A stretch of DNA of 64,000 bases from NCBI GenBank assembly GCA_965223295.1, contig CBDCWC010000003.1, positions 1,088,001 to 1,152,000 on the forward strand, in the 5' to 3' direction. The DNA comes from Nitrospirales bacterium (GTDB taxonomy: Bacteria; Nitrospirota; Nitrospiria; Nitrospirales; UBA8639). The stretch's first letter is position 1, and the number at the start of each line of letters is the position of its first letter. The position numbers and the translations under genes are program-made. Positions 20,821-31,460 of this stretch are shown piece by piece. The notes below the pieces were generated by a model that was not told the origin of the DNA, ran no database searches, and was given only the letters and a program-made list of their open reading frames with translations.

Positions 20821-22614
20821 GTGATACCTGGAGGGATTGCTAAGGCTCTTGTTAAAGGAATGCTGCTTGTTGGCTTGTTTGGCGGGCTGGAGATCGGTTG
20901 TGTGGCACAACAAGCCGATGTTGCGAGAATCCAAAAGGATTTGGAACAACAGATTAGCCAACTGAAATCAGAAAAAGTTGCATTGGGCCAAGAAGTTCTT
21001 GAAGCACGGTCAGCGATTGCCGACTCTAAAAAATTGATAGATGTTCAAAAAGCCGACATGAATAAGATGCGCAGAGACCTGGCCCCCCTGAATCAACAAA
21101 TCAAACTTCTGCGGGAGCAGGATTTAACCACCTTGTACGGTCAAGTTGAAGTGACAGAGAAGAGAGTTTCAGATCTTCGCCGGGATTTCGACAGTCAGAA
21201 AGAAAAACTTGGTGCTGAAATCCAAGCGCTTCAAAAGACGACACAGGCTCAAGGAGAACAGCAACAGCAAAGCCAAGCTCAGGCAGATGTGTTTGCCCAA
21301 CAAGTTGATGAAAAGAATCAGGCCTTAACAGAAAAAATGACCGAATTTCAAACAGCATTCGGTGAATTCAAAGAATCATTGCTGAGTCTAGGAAACGATA
21401 TTAGTCAAGCGCAAACCAATATTGGCAGTCTTCAAACTGATGTGGTCACCCAAGGTCAAACTCTGAGCTCTCTGCAAACTGATTCAGGAAATCTTGAGCA
21501 ATCATTGAATCAGGTGAAGCAAGCCTTAGAACAATCGGGGACGGCTTTCGGAAGCCAAATTGAACAACAAGCTGATCAATTCACGGCCTTGCAAAAGCAA
21601 GTGAACGCTCTCCAGGACAAGTTGAACGCCGATACTCAGGCTCTGCGGACCTTCCTGGAACAAGATGTCAAAACAGCCATGGATCAAGTGGTTGTCGACA
21701 TGGAGGCCAGACAAATTCCGATGGACCAAAAGATTACTGACCTACAATCTGATATAGAAGCATTAGGTAGCCACGTTCAAGCTGAGGCTACACAGGTCCA
21801 GGAACTTTCGCGGACTGTGGTCAAGCTTCGAGAAGCACAAGAAGTCATGGGGAGTTTGCTGGGCCAACGCGGTGATGAGATCATTCAACAAGCGGGGCGT
21901 TTATCAGAACGAATAAATTCTGTGGAAGCTCACCAAGCCAGTTTGACGGAACAACTTCAATCCAATACCAACACAACGTCAACCCATTTGACCGACGTGA
22001 ATGCTACGCTAACGTCACTTTCTCAAAGTCTTGATCAAACCACACAATCGCTTTCCGAGCGGCTCTCACAACAAGAACAAACCGTGGCTAGCCTTAATCA
22101 ATCTATTCAGGACTTTCAGCAACTGAAAAGTGAAACGCAGGGTCAAATTCAAGAAATGCAAGCCATTACCCAGGTCTCAAAGCAGATTCGCCAGAATGTC
22201 GAACAACTAGGGAAACGTATGCAAGATTTGGAAATCCACCAAGCAAACCTTGTTGGGAAACTTGACTCTGATGCGCAGTTGACCACAACCCATCTTCAAG
22301 ACGTGAATAAGGGCATCAAATCAGTTGCGGAGGCTTTGGAGAATGTCAGCGAAAAATTGAATTCACGAATCGCAAATCAGGAACGGCAACTCAATAGAGC
22401 CGTTACCAAATTCCAAAGCGTGCCGAATGCTGCAGAGCTTTCCCGATCCAATGCCCAACACTTGAATGATTTAAGCGGAACCATGAATCAACTGCAGGAA
22501 GTCATCACCACAATTGGAACCAAGTTGGGAGAACGGGTGGACGAACACGAGGGTCGCTTGGGTCAATTGGCCCAACGGGTTAATCAATTGCAGGGGGCAA
22601 AAGCAAAAAAATAA
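20821..22614 (+). CDS. Long coiled-coil putative lipoprotein
   Basis: Lipobox-like EIGC followed by about 570 aa of Q/L/E-rich heptad coiled coil. Confidence 0.65.
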   Translation: MIPGGIAKALVKGMLLVGLFGGLEIGCVAQQADVARIQKDLEQQISQLKSEKVALGQEVLEARSAIADSKKLIDVQKADMNKMRRDLAPLNQQIKLLREQDLTTLYGQVEVTEKRVSDLRRDFDSQKEKLGAEIQALQKTTQAQGEQQQQSQAQADVFAQQVDEKNQALTEKMTEFQTAFGEFKESLLSLGNDISQAQTNIGSLQTDVVTQGQTLSSLQTDSGNLEQSLNQVKQALEQSGTAFGSQIEQQADQFTALQKQVNALQDKLNADTQALRTFLEQDVKTAMDQVVVDMEARQIPMDQKITDLQSDIEALGSHVQAEATQVQELSRTVVKLREAQEVMGSLLGQRGDEIIQQAGRLSERINSVEAHQASLTEQLQSNTNTTSTHLTDVNATLTSLSQSLDQTTQSLSERLSQQEQTVASLNQSIQDFQQLKSETQGQIQEMQAITQVSKQIRQNVEQLGKRMQDLEIHQANLVGKLDSDAQLTTTHLQDVNKGIKSVAEALENVSEKLNSRIANQERQLNRAVTKFQSVPNAAELSRSNAQHLNDLSGTMNQLQEVITTIGTKLGERVDEHEGRLGQLAQRVNQLQGAKAKK

Positions 22615-22735
22615 TATAATGCCTCAAAATAGCCCATTATTAAAGCCAATTTGTAGCAATCAGGCCTTTTATCCATATGGATCACTTGGTAGAATATTTG
22701 TGGAACATTCCTTTTTCTCATGATGTATTCATGAA

Positions 22736-23635
22736 ATGTATAGAATTATGACGCGGTCAATTCTCTGGGTTTCATCCTTGTCTCTTCTCCTCGTGGGAGG
22801 AGGCTGCGCCACAGAACCTAATTTGGCAGATTTGAAGAAACAGGTTCAGGCCCTGACACTTCAGCAAGAAGCTGCTCAGCAGGAAGAAAAGCAGGCCCGC
22901 GACCGTCTCTCGGCTATAGAATCCCAATTGGATGAACATGACTTTTTGGTTGGAGAGTTAATCAAGACTGAAGAAGAAGCCAATTTAGACACTCGGCACT
23001 TGTTGGAGAAACTCGAACGAACGAGCACCATGTTGAGAGAGCAAATTGAGCAAACCCGTTCTTCCACAAAACGACGGGACCAAGATTTATCCATTCGAGT
23101 GAAAGCCATAGAGGCACGAATTGATAACATTTTACATCGTCCGCGTCCTGGAGCATCGCAAATTAAGACTCCTGAACCTGTACAAAATGGTCAGAAGACT
23201 CCATCCACCGTTCCATTGACTCAACCTCGATCCACTTCGGAAGACTCTCAAATGGAGAATGAAGCCTCGGCATTTCGATCGGCCTACAAAGTCTACTTGA
23301 ATGGGAACTATGACCGAGCCTCAAGCGAATTCCAACGATTCGTCAAGCACTATCCATCAACAGCGCTGACCCCGCAAGCATTTTATTATCTTGGGCAATC
23401 CCTCTACGTTCAGAAACATTATGATCCTGCACAAGAAGCGCTCCAGCATGTTGTCACCGACTTTCCCAATACCAAATACCGTAGCCAGGCACTCTATAAG
23501 CTTGGGCAAATCATGTTCGAAACCGATCAACGGTCTAAAGCGCAGGACCTGTGGAACCAAGTGATTCGGGATTATCCAGATTCCCCTGAAGCCAGTACAG
23601 CCAAGGAGCAACTACAAAAAGCGGACTTATCCTGA
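22736..23635 (+). CDS. cpoB: CpoB/YbgF-like TPR lipoprotein
   Basis: Coiled-coil N-terminus; TPR C-terminus (FVKHYPS, AFYYLG, ALYKLG, YPDSPEA); lies in the tol-pal cluster. Confidence 0.75.
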   Translation: MYRIMTRSILWVSSLSLLLVGGGCATEPNLADLKKQVQALTLQQEAAQQEEKQARDRLSAIESQLDEHDFLVGELIKTEEEANLDTRHLLEKLERTSTMLREQIEQTRSSTKRRDQDLSIRVKAIEARIDNILHRPRPGASQIKTPEPVQNGQKTPSTVPLTQPRSTSEDSQMENEASAFRSAYKVYLNGNYDRASSEFQRFVKHYPSTALTPQAFYYLGQSLYVQKHYDPAQEALQHVVTDFPNTKYRSQALYKLGQIMFETDQRSKAQDLWNQVIRDYPDSPEASTAKEQLQKADLS

Positions 23636-23689
23636 TTCACGCCACCCTTTCCTCTCGTCGATTTCCCAAACTCCTTGTAAATTCATCCC

Positions 23690-25498
23690 ATGCCTTTTCC
23701 TGCGACTGGAAAAATTCAAGTTCTTCCAGATGATGTATCCTGCCGAATTGCGGCTGGTGAAGTTGTTGAACGCCCGGCTTCCGTGGTCAAAGAACTCATT
23801 GACAATAGTTTAGACGCCGGGAGTTCGCTCATCACGATTGAAATAGAAGAAGGCGGTCGCCGTCTTCTACGAGTGACAGATAATGGAGCGGGAATGAATC
23901 GGACAGATGCCCAGTTGGCTCCGCACCGCTTTGCGACCAGTAAATTAAAAACCGAAGACGATCTTTTCACACTCACGACTTTAGGATTCAGAGGAGAAGC
24001 GCTGCCCAGTATTGCCTCGGTCTCCCGATTTCGCCTGAAAACCATACAAGCCGATACACCTATTGGCACCGAAACGTATTCGGAAGGCGGCAATAACTGG
24101 CAGTCACAAGATTACGCAGGGCCTCCAGGGACCCAAGTAGAAGTACAGGACATTTTTTTTAACACTCCCGGCCGATTGAAATTTTTAAAAACCGTGTCCA
24201 CAGAATTCTCAAAGATTTCCTATACCGTTCAACAAGCTGCAACCATCAATCCCCATATCCACTTTAGGCTGTGGCATCATGCCCAAAAAGTCTTGGATTA
24301 CCCTACCGTGTCCACCTTTCAAGATCGCTTAGTTCAAATATATGGTCCAACATTTCTTGATCGGTTTCTCCAGATTGCGTCAATAAATGAACCCTTCCGA
24401 CTCACAGGATTCACGGTTAGCCCTCATCATGCACGAACCTCTCGCACGCCACAGGAAATTTTCATCAATGGGCGACCCATTAAAAACACCACTATTTCCC
24501 ATGCGATCTACGAAGGCTACAAGTCATTTCTTCCGAAAAGAAAACATCCGCAATACATTGTCTGCATTCAACTTGATCCCCAAACATTGGACATTAATGT
24601 CCATCCAACAAAACGAGAAGTACGCTTTTCTCATCCTGAACTCTTGTATTCTGGAGTGCTACGCGCCATCAAGCACACGTTCGTCAACACATCATCTTTC
24701 GACGGTGATTTGCGAATACAGGAGAACACAGGGGTTCCCACTCAATCTCAAATCCCCTCAGCCAAGCCGACGCCACAGTCCTTAGGCGTCACCCCTCGAT
24801 CGGCTGTGCCCTTTTCTTCTGAGTCAGCAAGAACCAAAGCGACACATTTCTCTCTCTTTGCCCAAGAACCTCAATCGGCTTACCATGTCCAACAGCCTAA
24901 ATTTCAGGTTATGGCCCTCGGGCAAATTCACCGAACCTATCTCTTGGGCCACATCAATGAAGATCTGTATATTATCGATCAACATACGGCTCATGAGCGT
25001 GTGCTGTTTGAACGCCTCCTCCAGGCATGGAACAAAAAGGATATTGCGCAACAAGGCCTGCTCATACCCGAACCCATAGAACTCCTTCCGCACCAAACGG
25101 AACTTATTGAAGAATGGCTCCCTGTGTTATCTCGTGTCGGTCTCGAAATTGAACGATTTGGGCCAAACTCGTATGTGGTACGCTCAGTCCCCGCGATATT
25201 GGGAACTGTTACCGTTGGCCCGCTAGTATCAGAGCTCTTGGAAGAACTCTCGGAATGGAGATCGACAGATTCATTAGAAACATTGCTTAGGCCGATTCTG
25301 GCGACGATGGCCTGCCAAAGCGCTGTCCAAGCTGGACGAACCATGGCGCTTCCTGAAATTTCTACATTGCTTCATGATTGGGCTCAAGAAAATTTTCCTA
25401 TGACCTGCCCCCATGGAAGACGTGTCGCGATTCGACATTCAGTAGAAGAATTGAATACCCTGTTTGCAAGGACCTCAGAAAAACAATCGACGATCTAA
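23690..25498 (+). CDS. mutL: DNA mismatch repair endonuclease MutL
   Basis: IAAGEVVERPASVVKEL, GFRGEALPSI, DQHTAHER and CPHGR. Confidence 0.97.
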   Translation: MPFPATGKIQVLPDDVSCRIAAGEVVERPASVVKELIDNSLDAGSSLITIEIEEGGRRLLRVTDNGAGMNRTDAQLAPHRFATSKLKTEDDLFTLTTLGFRGEALPSIASVSRFRLKTIQADTPIGTETYSEGGNNWQSQDYAGPPGTQVEVQDIFFNTPGRLKFLKTVSTEFSKISYTVQQAATINPHIHFRLWHHAQKVLDYPTVSTFQDRLVQIYGPTFLDRFLQIASINEPFRLTGFTVSPHHARTSRTPQEIFINGRPIKNTTISHAIYEGYKSFLPKRKHPQYIVCIQLDPQTLDINVHPTKREVRFSHPELLYSGVLRAIKHTFVNTSSFDGDLRIQENTGVPTQSQIPSAKPTPQSLGVTPRSAVPFSSESARTKATHFSLFAQEPQSAYHVQQPKFQVMALGQIHRTYLLGHINEDLYIIDQHTAHERVLFERLLQAWNKKDIAQQGLLIPEPIELLPHQTELIEEWLPVLSRVGLEIERFGPNSYVVRSVPAILGTVTVGPLVSELLEELSEWRSTDSLETLLRPILATMACQSAVQAGRTMALPEISTLLHDWAQENFPMTCPHGRRVAIRHSVEELNTLFARTSEKQSTI

Positions 25499-25504
25499 TT
25501 TTCT

Positions 25505-26569
25505 ATGCAAAACAGCGAACTCATTCAGACACATAAACCTCTAGTCGCACTAGTCGGTCCAACTGCGATTGGCAAAAGCCGTGTTGGGATTGAACTCGCC
25601 AAAGCACTGGAGACTGAAGTTCTGACAGCCGATTCCTGTCAGGTCTATCGCGGGATGGACATTGGAACTGATAAACCCACTTTTTCGGAACGCCAAGGAG
25701 TTCCTCATCGATTAATTGATCTGGTTGAGCCAGACCAATCGTTTAATGTGGGTGATTTTCGTCGGCGTGCCCTACAAGAAATCTCTCAGTTGCATAGTCA
25801 GGGACGGCTTCCCCTTGTCATTGGAGGAACCGGACTCTACATTCGAGGACTCTTAAGGGGATTATGTCCGGGCCCTCCAGCCAATTGGGCTATCCGGCAG
25901 GCCTTAACGCAAGAAGCGACAGAACAAGGATGGGGATTTTTGCATGAAAAATTACAAAAAGTAGATCCTGATCTTGCTCGACGTCTCCATCCCCACGACC
26001 GGCCCAAAGTCCTTCGAGGACTTGAAGTCTATCATGAGCTTGGCATCCCCCTATCAAGGATGCAGCAGCAACATCAGTTTCAAGAGACTTCGTATCCCTT
26101 TTTACTGATTGGCCTCACGATGGAACGTCAAACTCTCTATCGGCGTATTGAGGCTCGTGTCGAATGGGAGATCGAAAAAGGTCTCATCGAAGAAACGCGA
26201 GGTCTTCTAGGGCAAGGTTATTCCCGCGATTTAGGGTCAATGAAAGGATTAGGCTATCGTCAATTTTCAGGATATTTGGCAGGAGACTACTCCTATGACG
26301 AAGCGGTGCGATTGCTTAAGCGTGATACCCGCCATTTTGCTAAGCGGCAAATGACCTGGTTCCGAAAAGAGCCGGGTATTCATTGGCTGACAATTGAGGA
26401 AGCAGACATTCCTACTCAGGCAGGAAATCGTATTCTGAAAAAATTAATGAATTTCTTGGTACATTTTCAACACCCCAAGCTAGTTCTATACCCTGTCAAA
26501 GCCTACCATCCGGCCAACGTTCTTGAAGCTCCGAGGCAACCAGATGTTTCTAAGACTTTTATTCATTAA
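25505..26569 (+). CDS. miaA: tRNA dimethylallyltransferase
   Basis: GPTAIGKS, DSCQVYRGMDIGTDKP, GGTGLY and AKRQMTWFR; follows mutL. Confidence 0.97.
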   Translation: MQNSELIQTHKPLVALVGPTAIGKSRVGIELAKALETEVLTADSCQVYRGMDIGTDKPTFSERQGVPHRLIDLVEPDQSFNVGDFRRRALQEISQLHSQGRLPLVIGGTGLYIRGLLRGLCPGPPANWAIRQALTQEATEQGWGFLHEKLQKVDPDLARRLHPHDRPKVLRGLEVYHELGIPLSRMQQQHQFQETSYPFLLIGLTMERQTLYRRIEARVEWEIEKGLIEETRGLLGQGYSRDLGSMKGLGYRQFSGYLAGDYSYDEAVRLLKRDTRHFAKRQMTWFRKEPGIHWLTIEEADIPTQAGNRILKKLMNFLVHFQHPKLVLYPVKAYHPANVLEAPRQPDVSKTFIH

Positions 26570-26587
26570 ACCAAGGAAGCGAGTATA

Positions 26588-27502
26588 GTGCCCACAAGCA
26601 GAACACAAACGCGAAAAACCAAAGCGGAAGTGGCCATCATTGGCGGAAGTGGGCTCTACCATATGGAGGGACTTACGAGACTCAAAGAATTGAAGGTCAC
26701 AACCCCCTTTGGTAAACCCTCAGATTCCATTATGGTAGGGTCATTTGACGGTCTCAATGTCGCATTTTTAGCACGGCATGGTCGAGGGCACCGCATTTCC
26801 CCATCAGGCATCAATTATCGGGCAAACATTCATGCTCTCAAATCACTTGGAGTTTCTCGCGTCTTTTCGGTAAGTGCTGTGGGAAGCATGAAGGAAAAGA
26901 TTCGTCCTGGGGACTTCGTTCTCCCTGATCAATTCATTGATCGAACGACTCAACGGATCAGTACCTTTTTCAACCAGGGTATTGTGGCCCATGTGTCTCT
27001 GGCTGACCCGCTATGCTCAACATTGTCGTCTCTTTTTTGGAAGGCGAGTAAGAAGGTTTCTGTGAAAGTTCATCGTCCTGGGACCTACCTCTGCATGGAA
27101 GGTCCACAATTTTCGACCCGAGCTGAATCCAGGCTCTACCGAACATGGGGCGTCGATGTCATTGGTATGACCAATTTGACGGAGGCCAAACTCGCGCGGG
27201 AGGCTGAACTTTGTTATGCCACATTAGCGTTAGTGACAGACTATGACTGCTGGCATGAAACTGAAGAAGCCGTATCCGTTGGCGCCATTCTGGATATCAT
27301 GCACAACAATGTCCAAAAGGCTAAACAGGTATTGCAGCATGCTTTGAAACTGACAAAAAGTCTCGGCCCATGTGCTTGCCATACCGCATTAGCACATGCC
27401 GTGATTACGCCACTAACCGGGATGAGTCCGGTACTCAAAAAACGTTATAAAATTTTGCTTCATCGACAATTATTGACCATCAGCCAAACCAAGAAAAGGT
27501 AA
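26588..27502 (+). CDS. mtnP: S-methyl-5'-thioadenosine phosphorylase
   Basis: IIGGSGLY, RHGRGH, EGPQFSTRAES, GMT and TDYDCW. Confidence 0.93.
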   Translation: MPTSRTQTRKTKAEVAIIGGSGLYHMEGLTRLKELKVTTPFGKPSDSIMVGSFDGLNVAFLARHGRGHRISPSGINYRANIHALKSLGVSRVFSVSAVGSMKEKIRPGDFVLPDQFIDRTTQRISTFFNQGIVAHVSLADPLCSTLSSLFWKASKKVSVKVHRPGTYLCMEGPQFSTRAESRLYRTWGVDVIGMTNLTEAKLAREAELCYATLALVTDYDCWHETEEAVSVGAILDIMHNNVQKAKQVLQHALKLTKSLGPCACHTALAHAVITPLTGMSPVLKKRYKILLHRQLLTISQTKKR

Positions 27503-27508
27503 TGAATT

Positions 27509-28423
27509 ATGGGAAATCTGTTAGTTGTCGGGTCGGTCGCGTTTGATTCTGTACGCACGCCGTTTGGCGAAGCCTCCAATGTCCTTGGAGGTTCCGCCAC
27601 GTATTTTTCCACCTCAGCGAGCTTCTTTACCGATGTCAACTTGATTGCCGTAGTCGGCGAAGATTTCCCAGAAGAACATCTGGACTTTCTTCGAAGCCGC
27701 AAGATTGATTTAGAAGGGTTAGAACGTCGGCCCGGAAAAACCTTTCGCTGGAAAGGCGAATATTCCAACCACTTAAATGAAGCCCAGACACTTGAGACGC
27801 ATCTCAATGTGCTGGAGACGTTTCGTCCAAAAATACCCGATCGCTACACGAACCCATCAGCTCTATTCCTCGGAAACATCGATCCGGAGTTACAACTGGA
27901 CGTGTTGAATAAAGTGACACGACCGTCCATTGTCGCCTGCGACACGATGAATTTTTGGATTGACAGCAAACGTGAGGCCTTATGGGACGTGCTAAAATTA
28001 GTTGATGTCCTAGTCATTAACGATGGAGAAGCCCGCGCATTGGGGGAAGATGCCAATTTAGTCCAAGTCGCCAAACGGATTTTGGCAAAAGGGCCTAAGA
28101 CGTTAATCATTAAACGCGGAGAATATGGGGTCCTGATGTTCCATGAAAAGGGCATCTTCGGCGCACCAGCCTATCCCTTAGAAACCGTCAAGGATCCGAC
28201 CGGAGCGGGGGATACATTTGCTGGAGGGTTTATGGGTTACCTTTCTGCATCCGGCAATTATTCGGAAGCGGGTCTTCGTCAAGCGATTATTTTCGGGAGT
28301 GTGATGGCTTCATTCAACGTAGAAGCCTTTAGTCTTGACCGATTGAAACAGTTGAGCAGGGAAGAAATTGATTCCAGATATTATTCTTTTAAACAACTTA
28401 CTCACTTCGAATCGTTGGCCTAA
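27509..28423 (+). CDS. PfkB-family sugar/nucleoside kinase
   Basis: GGSATY and the PfkB signature DPTGAGDTFAGG. Confidence 0.9.
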   Translation: MGNLLVVGSVAFDSVRTPFGEASNVLGGSATYFSTSASFFTDVNLIAVVGEDFPEEHLDFLRSRKIDLEGLERRPGKTFRWKGEYSNHLNEAQTLETHLNVLETFRPKIPDRYTNPSALFLGNIDPELQLDVLNKVTRPSIVACDTMNFWIDSKREALWDVLKLVDVLVINDGEARALGEDANLVQVAKRILAKGPKTLIIKRGEYGVLMFHEKGIFGAPAYPLETVKDPTGAGDTFAGGFMGYLSASGNYSEAGLRQAIIFGSVMASFNVEAFSLDRLKQLSREEIDSRYYSFKQLTHFESLA

Positions 28424-28456
28424 CTAGGAAGCTTGGACCCACGTTCAGGAAATTCT

Positions 28457-29380
28457 ATGGACTCCTTAGGAGACTATCTTAAAGAAGGTCGGAAGAAAAA
28501 AGGGGTGTCCTTAGAACACATTGCGTCGCAAACACGGATTCAAGAACATCATCTTCTCGCTCTAGAAGCTGAAGATTTTGGCAATCTACCGGCCAAAGTC
28601 TTTGCCAAAGGGTTTGTGAGATCCTATGCCAAAGCCCTAGGTCTGGATGAAGAAGAAGCTCTCCAGCGTTTTCTCCAAGCATCGGGAACGTTTTACGAAC
28701 AACACGAACCAGATCACCCACAACCTCATGCGCAAGTGACGTTGGAAGCTCCTCCACGTCAAGGGCCTAATTGGATGCTTATTTTGGGGGTCATGGCGGT
28801 CTTCACAATCTTGGGCATTTGGTTTGGATTGCCCGAGAGTCAAGAAGAAGAACAAATTGTCGGCTCAGAGCCAGAAATATCTTCACCCGTGACACCAAAA
28901 GAACCGTCGATTCTTCCACAAGCCTCTCCTCAACCAGATATCACAACAGAGAGTCCGCCTGTCACATCTAATGAATCAACATCTATAAAGGACACAACAC
29001 CTCTTCCCTCTTCTTCTCCTAGTCCTGTTCCAGCTTCACCTGTGCCGCTTGCCGCACCAGAACTTGTGGTGGAACCCGATCCGTTCCCGCCACCCACGCA
29101 ACCAATTGATGAAGTCGCCACGACTGAGGTTACGACTACTGAGTTTCAGATTCTTGAAATCGAAGCCACTCAGTTAACGTGGGTGGTTGTTCAGTCAGAC
29201 CAGCAAGATCCAAACGAGGCCTTATTGCAACCTGGGCAGCGTATTAGTTGGAAAGCCAAAGAGCAATTTTTGCTGACGCTCGGCAATGCCGCCGGAGTCG
29301 CTGTGCGACTCAATGGTGAATCCAAGGGCCCATTTGGAAAACCGGGACAGGTAGTACGTGATATTCGAATACGACCCTAA
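28457..29380 (+). CDS. rodZ: RodZ-like protein (HTH, TM helix, DUF4115)
   Basis: XRE HTH with KGFVRSYAKALGL, a TM helix, a Pro-rich linker and C-terminal LGNAAGV. Confidence 0.8.
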   Translation: MDSLGDYLKEGRKKKGVSLEHIASQTRIQEHHLLALEAEDFGNLPAKVFAKGFVRSYAKALGLDEEEALQRFLQASGTFYEQHEPDHPQPHAQVTLEAPPRQGPNWMLILGVMAVFTILGIWFGLPESQEEEQIVGSEPEISSPVTPKEPSILPQASPQPDITTESPPVTSNESTSIKDTTPLPSSSPSPVPASPVPLAAPELVVEPDPFPPPTQPIDEVATTEVTTTEFQILEIEATQLTWVVVQSDQQDPNEALLQPGQRISWKAKEQFLLTLGNAAGVAVRLNGESKGPFGKPGQVVRDIRIRP

Positions 29381-29499
29381 CATGTTCGTTTGATTCTATG
29401 AGGGCATCATTTTTCCATCCGTCTGTCCCGTGAACCAAGCTGGGACAGATATTTCAAAATTTTGACTTTTTCCTTTGATTTATGGTTTTTTGGGAATTC

Positions 29500-29529
29500 T
29501 TGACAGGCCAAAAAATTCGTTGATATGAT
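29500..29529 (+). promoter_or_regulatory. Putative sigma-70 promoter for the cytochrome c gene
   Basis: TTGACA-N18-TATGAT. Confidence 0.55.
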
Positions 29530-29675
29530 AAAAAGGTTTGGGCGGCGTTAGGGGATGACATTTATCCCTTCCCTCTCAAATACCCCGAACCAGAAAAAAT
29601 GGCGACAGGGGGTGTGACTGACACCTCAATTAAATTTTTTGTTCTCATCAACTCAGTTTAACCTAGGAGGCTTAC

Positions 29676-30137
29676 ATGAAGTTTTCAATGAAAATGCTTG
29701 TGATGGCAACAGCCGCTATGTTTCTGACAACTGGCTTGGCTATTGCCGGGCCAGAAAAAGATCCGTTAAAGGCTCGTGTGCCGGCTGATAAACGAGCGGC
29801 TGCAAAAAAAGTCAAATCTCCGTATGGGAAAAAATCCAAAGATGCCACTCCGGAAATTATTGCGGAAGGGAAAGCCATTTTTGAGGGTAAAGGTACCTGC
29901 GTGAATTGCCATGGGAAAGAAGGCAATGGACAAGGTCCTGCCGGCAAGGTTCTCAATCCTGGACCTCGAGATTTCACGAACTGTAAATTTCACAAAAAGC
30001 GCAAAGAGGGCGAACTCATGTGGGTCATCAAAAATGGTAGCCCTGGAACCGGAATGGTTCCGCTCATTCCAGCCACGATCAGCGAAGAAGAAGGCTGGAA
30101 AGTTATTGCCTATGAGAGAAGCTTCTGCAAAAAATAA
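29676..30137 (+). CDS. Periplasmic class I monoheme cytochrome c
   Basis: Signal peptide, CVNCH heme motif, distal Met in GTGM; AGGAGG RBS. Confidence 0.92.
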   Translation: MKFSMKMLVMATAAMFLTTGLAIAGPEKDPLKARVPADKRAAAKKVKSPYGKKSKDATPEIIAEGKAIFEGKGTCVNCHGKEGNGQGPAGKVLNPGPRDFTNCKFHKKRKEGELMWVIKNGSPGTGMVPLIPATISEEEGWKVIAYERSFCKK

Positions 30138-30158
30138 GCGGTAGGTTTTCGAAATTCC

Positions 30159-30194
30159 AACCCCCGTTGAGTTCAACTCAGCGGGGGTTTTTTT
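30159..30194 (+). terminator. Rho-independent terminator
   Basis: AACCCCCGTTGAG-TTCAA-CTCAGCGGGGGTT followed by a T-tract. Confidence 0.85.
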
Positions 30195-30235
30195 ATGAAA
30201 AATGAGGATTTTTCTGCTCCTTCTCTCTTGCTGCA

Positions 30236-30265
30236 TTGACACCTTTCAAGGCCCTTGACTAGACT
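30236..30265 (+). promoter_or_regulatory. Putative sigma-70 promoter
   Basis: TTGACA-N18-TAGACT upstream of the 68-aa ORF. Confidence 0.45.
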
Positions 30266-30333
30266 CTCTCTGGTAAATTTTTCTCTGTCCTTTTGGTATG
30301 GAATCATCTGTCAACTAGGAGAATGCTTAACAC

Positions 30334-30540
30334 ATGGCTAACAAACGATCTCTTCAGGAAGACATGGCCGCCCTTAAAACAAAAGTGCAAGAATCTTCTG
30401 GACAGAGCGAGAACCCTGAGAGAAATCCCGCAATTCGCTCGCTGAAGAAGCGCTTAAAGCGGACACAACGGAAAATTCAAAGCGCCAAAAAACGAGAGGC
30501 TGATCGGGAGGCGAGAACAGCCCCCGCCAAGGCATCATAA
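30334..30540 (+). CDS. Small basic hypothetical protein
   Basis: AGGAGA RBS; 68 aa with a K/R-rich helix. Confidence 0.65.
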   Translation: MANKRSLQEDMAALKTKVQESSGQSENPERNPAIRSLKKRLKRTQRKIQSAKKREADREARTAPAKAS

Positions 30541-30575
30541 CGGGCTGACAGATAAAAAGTCTGGAGGAAAACTCT

Positions 30576-31448
30576 ATGCGTGAGGATCAAAAAAATATTG
30601 ATGATGAATTTTCAGATCAAACAGAATTTGTTTCTTTGGATGGCAACGAGAGCATACCCAAGGACGAGTTAGTCGACGAAGTGGCTGAAGCCTTGACGGC
30701 TGACTCGGACGAAGAGATGACAGATGTCGTGGCTTCTGCTGAGGCTGGAGCTGAGGAAGCCGTTGAACAGGAAGAAGAACTCGTTGAAGAGCAAGTCAAA
30801 GATGAAATTGATATCCAAATTGATCTGTTAAACGAAACCGATTGGGTCGTACGCCGCGAGGCCATTATCACTCTAGGTGAAATGGGGGATGAGCGATGCG
30901 TTGAGCCCATCGTACGGTGTTTGCGGGATGGAGATTGGCAAGTACGGGAAGCCGCGGTGGAAGCTCTCGCCATGATTGGTTCCCCGGCAGTCGACCTCCT
31001 GCTTCGCTACGTTCGTGATTACGATGCAAGAAAATCCGTGATTAAGACATTGGGAAAAATTAATGATGAGCGCGTTCTTGACCCGCTGATTAGCTTTATG
31101 CGAAATGATGAATTTAAAGATGACGCAACTTGGGCATTGGCAGAACTGGGGAAACCTGCTATCGGGCGACTGCTAGAATTATTAAAGGACCCTGATGAAA
31201 CAACTCGCAAGCAAGCCATTCTAGCGCTCGGAGAAATTAAAGATACCAGCTGTGTCGATTCGTTAATTGAAAGTTTAAAAGATCCAGATTGGTTTACCCG
31301 TCTTTCAGCCGCCTCTGCCTTGGAAAAAATCAAAGACCCTCGTGGGCGGGAAGCGGTCAAACCACTCATGAAAGATCCCGATATTGTGGTTCGGCTTCGG
31401 ATTGAGCGTATGCTAGCGGCTTGGAAAAAAGAGGCTGTTAGCGCCTAA
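30576..31448 (+). CDS. HEAT-repeat (PBS lyase-like) protein with acidic N-terminus
   Basis: Repeated D.DW.VR.AA..ALG units; GGAGG RBS. Confidence 0.85.
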   Translation: MREDQKNIDDEFSDQTEFVSLDGNESIPKDELVDEVAEALTADSDEEMTDVVASAEAGAEEAVEQEEELVEEQVKDEIDIQIDLLNETDWVVRREAIITLGEMGDERCVEPIVRCLRDGDWQVREAAVEALAMIGSPAVDLLLRYVRDYDARKSVIKTLGKINDERVLDPLISFMRNDEFKDDATWALAELGKPAIGRLLELLKDPDETTRKQAILALGEIKDTSCVDSLIESLKDPDWFTRLSAASALEKIKDPRGREAVKPLMKDPDIVVRLRIERMLAAWKKEAVSA

Positions 31449-31460
31449 CCTTCACTATGG

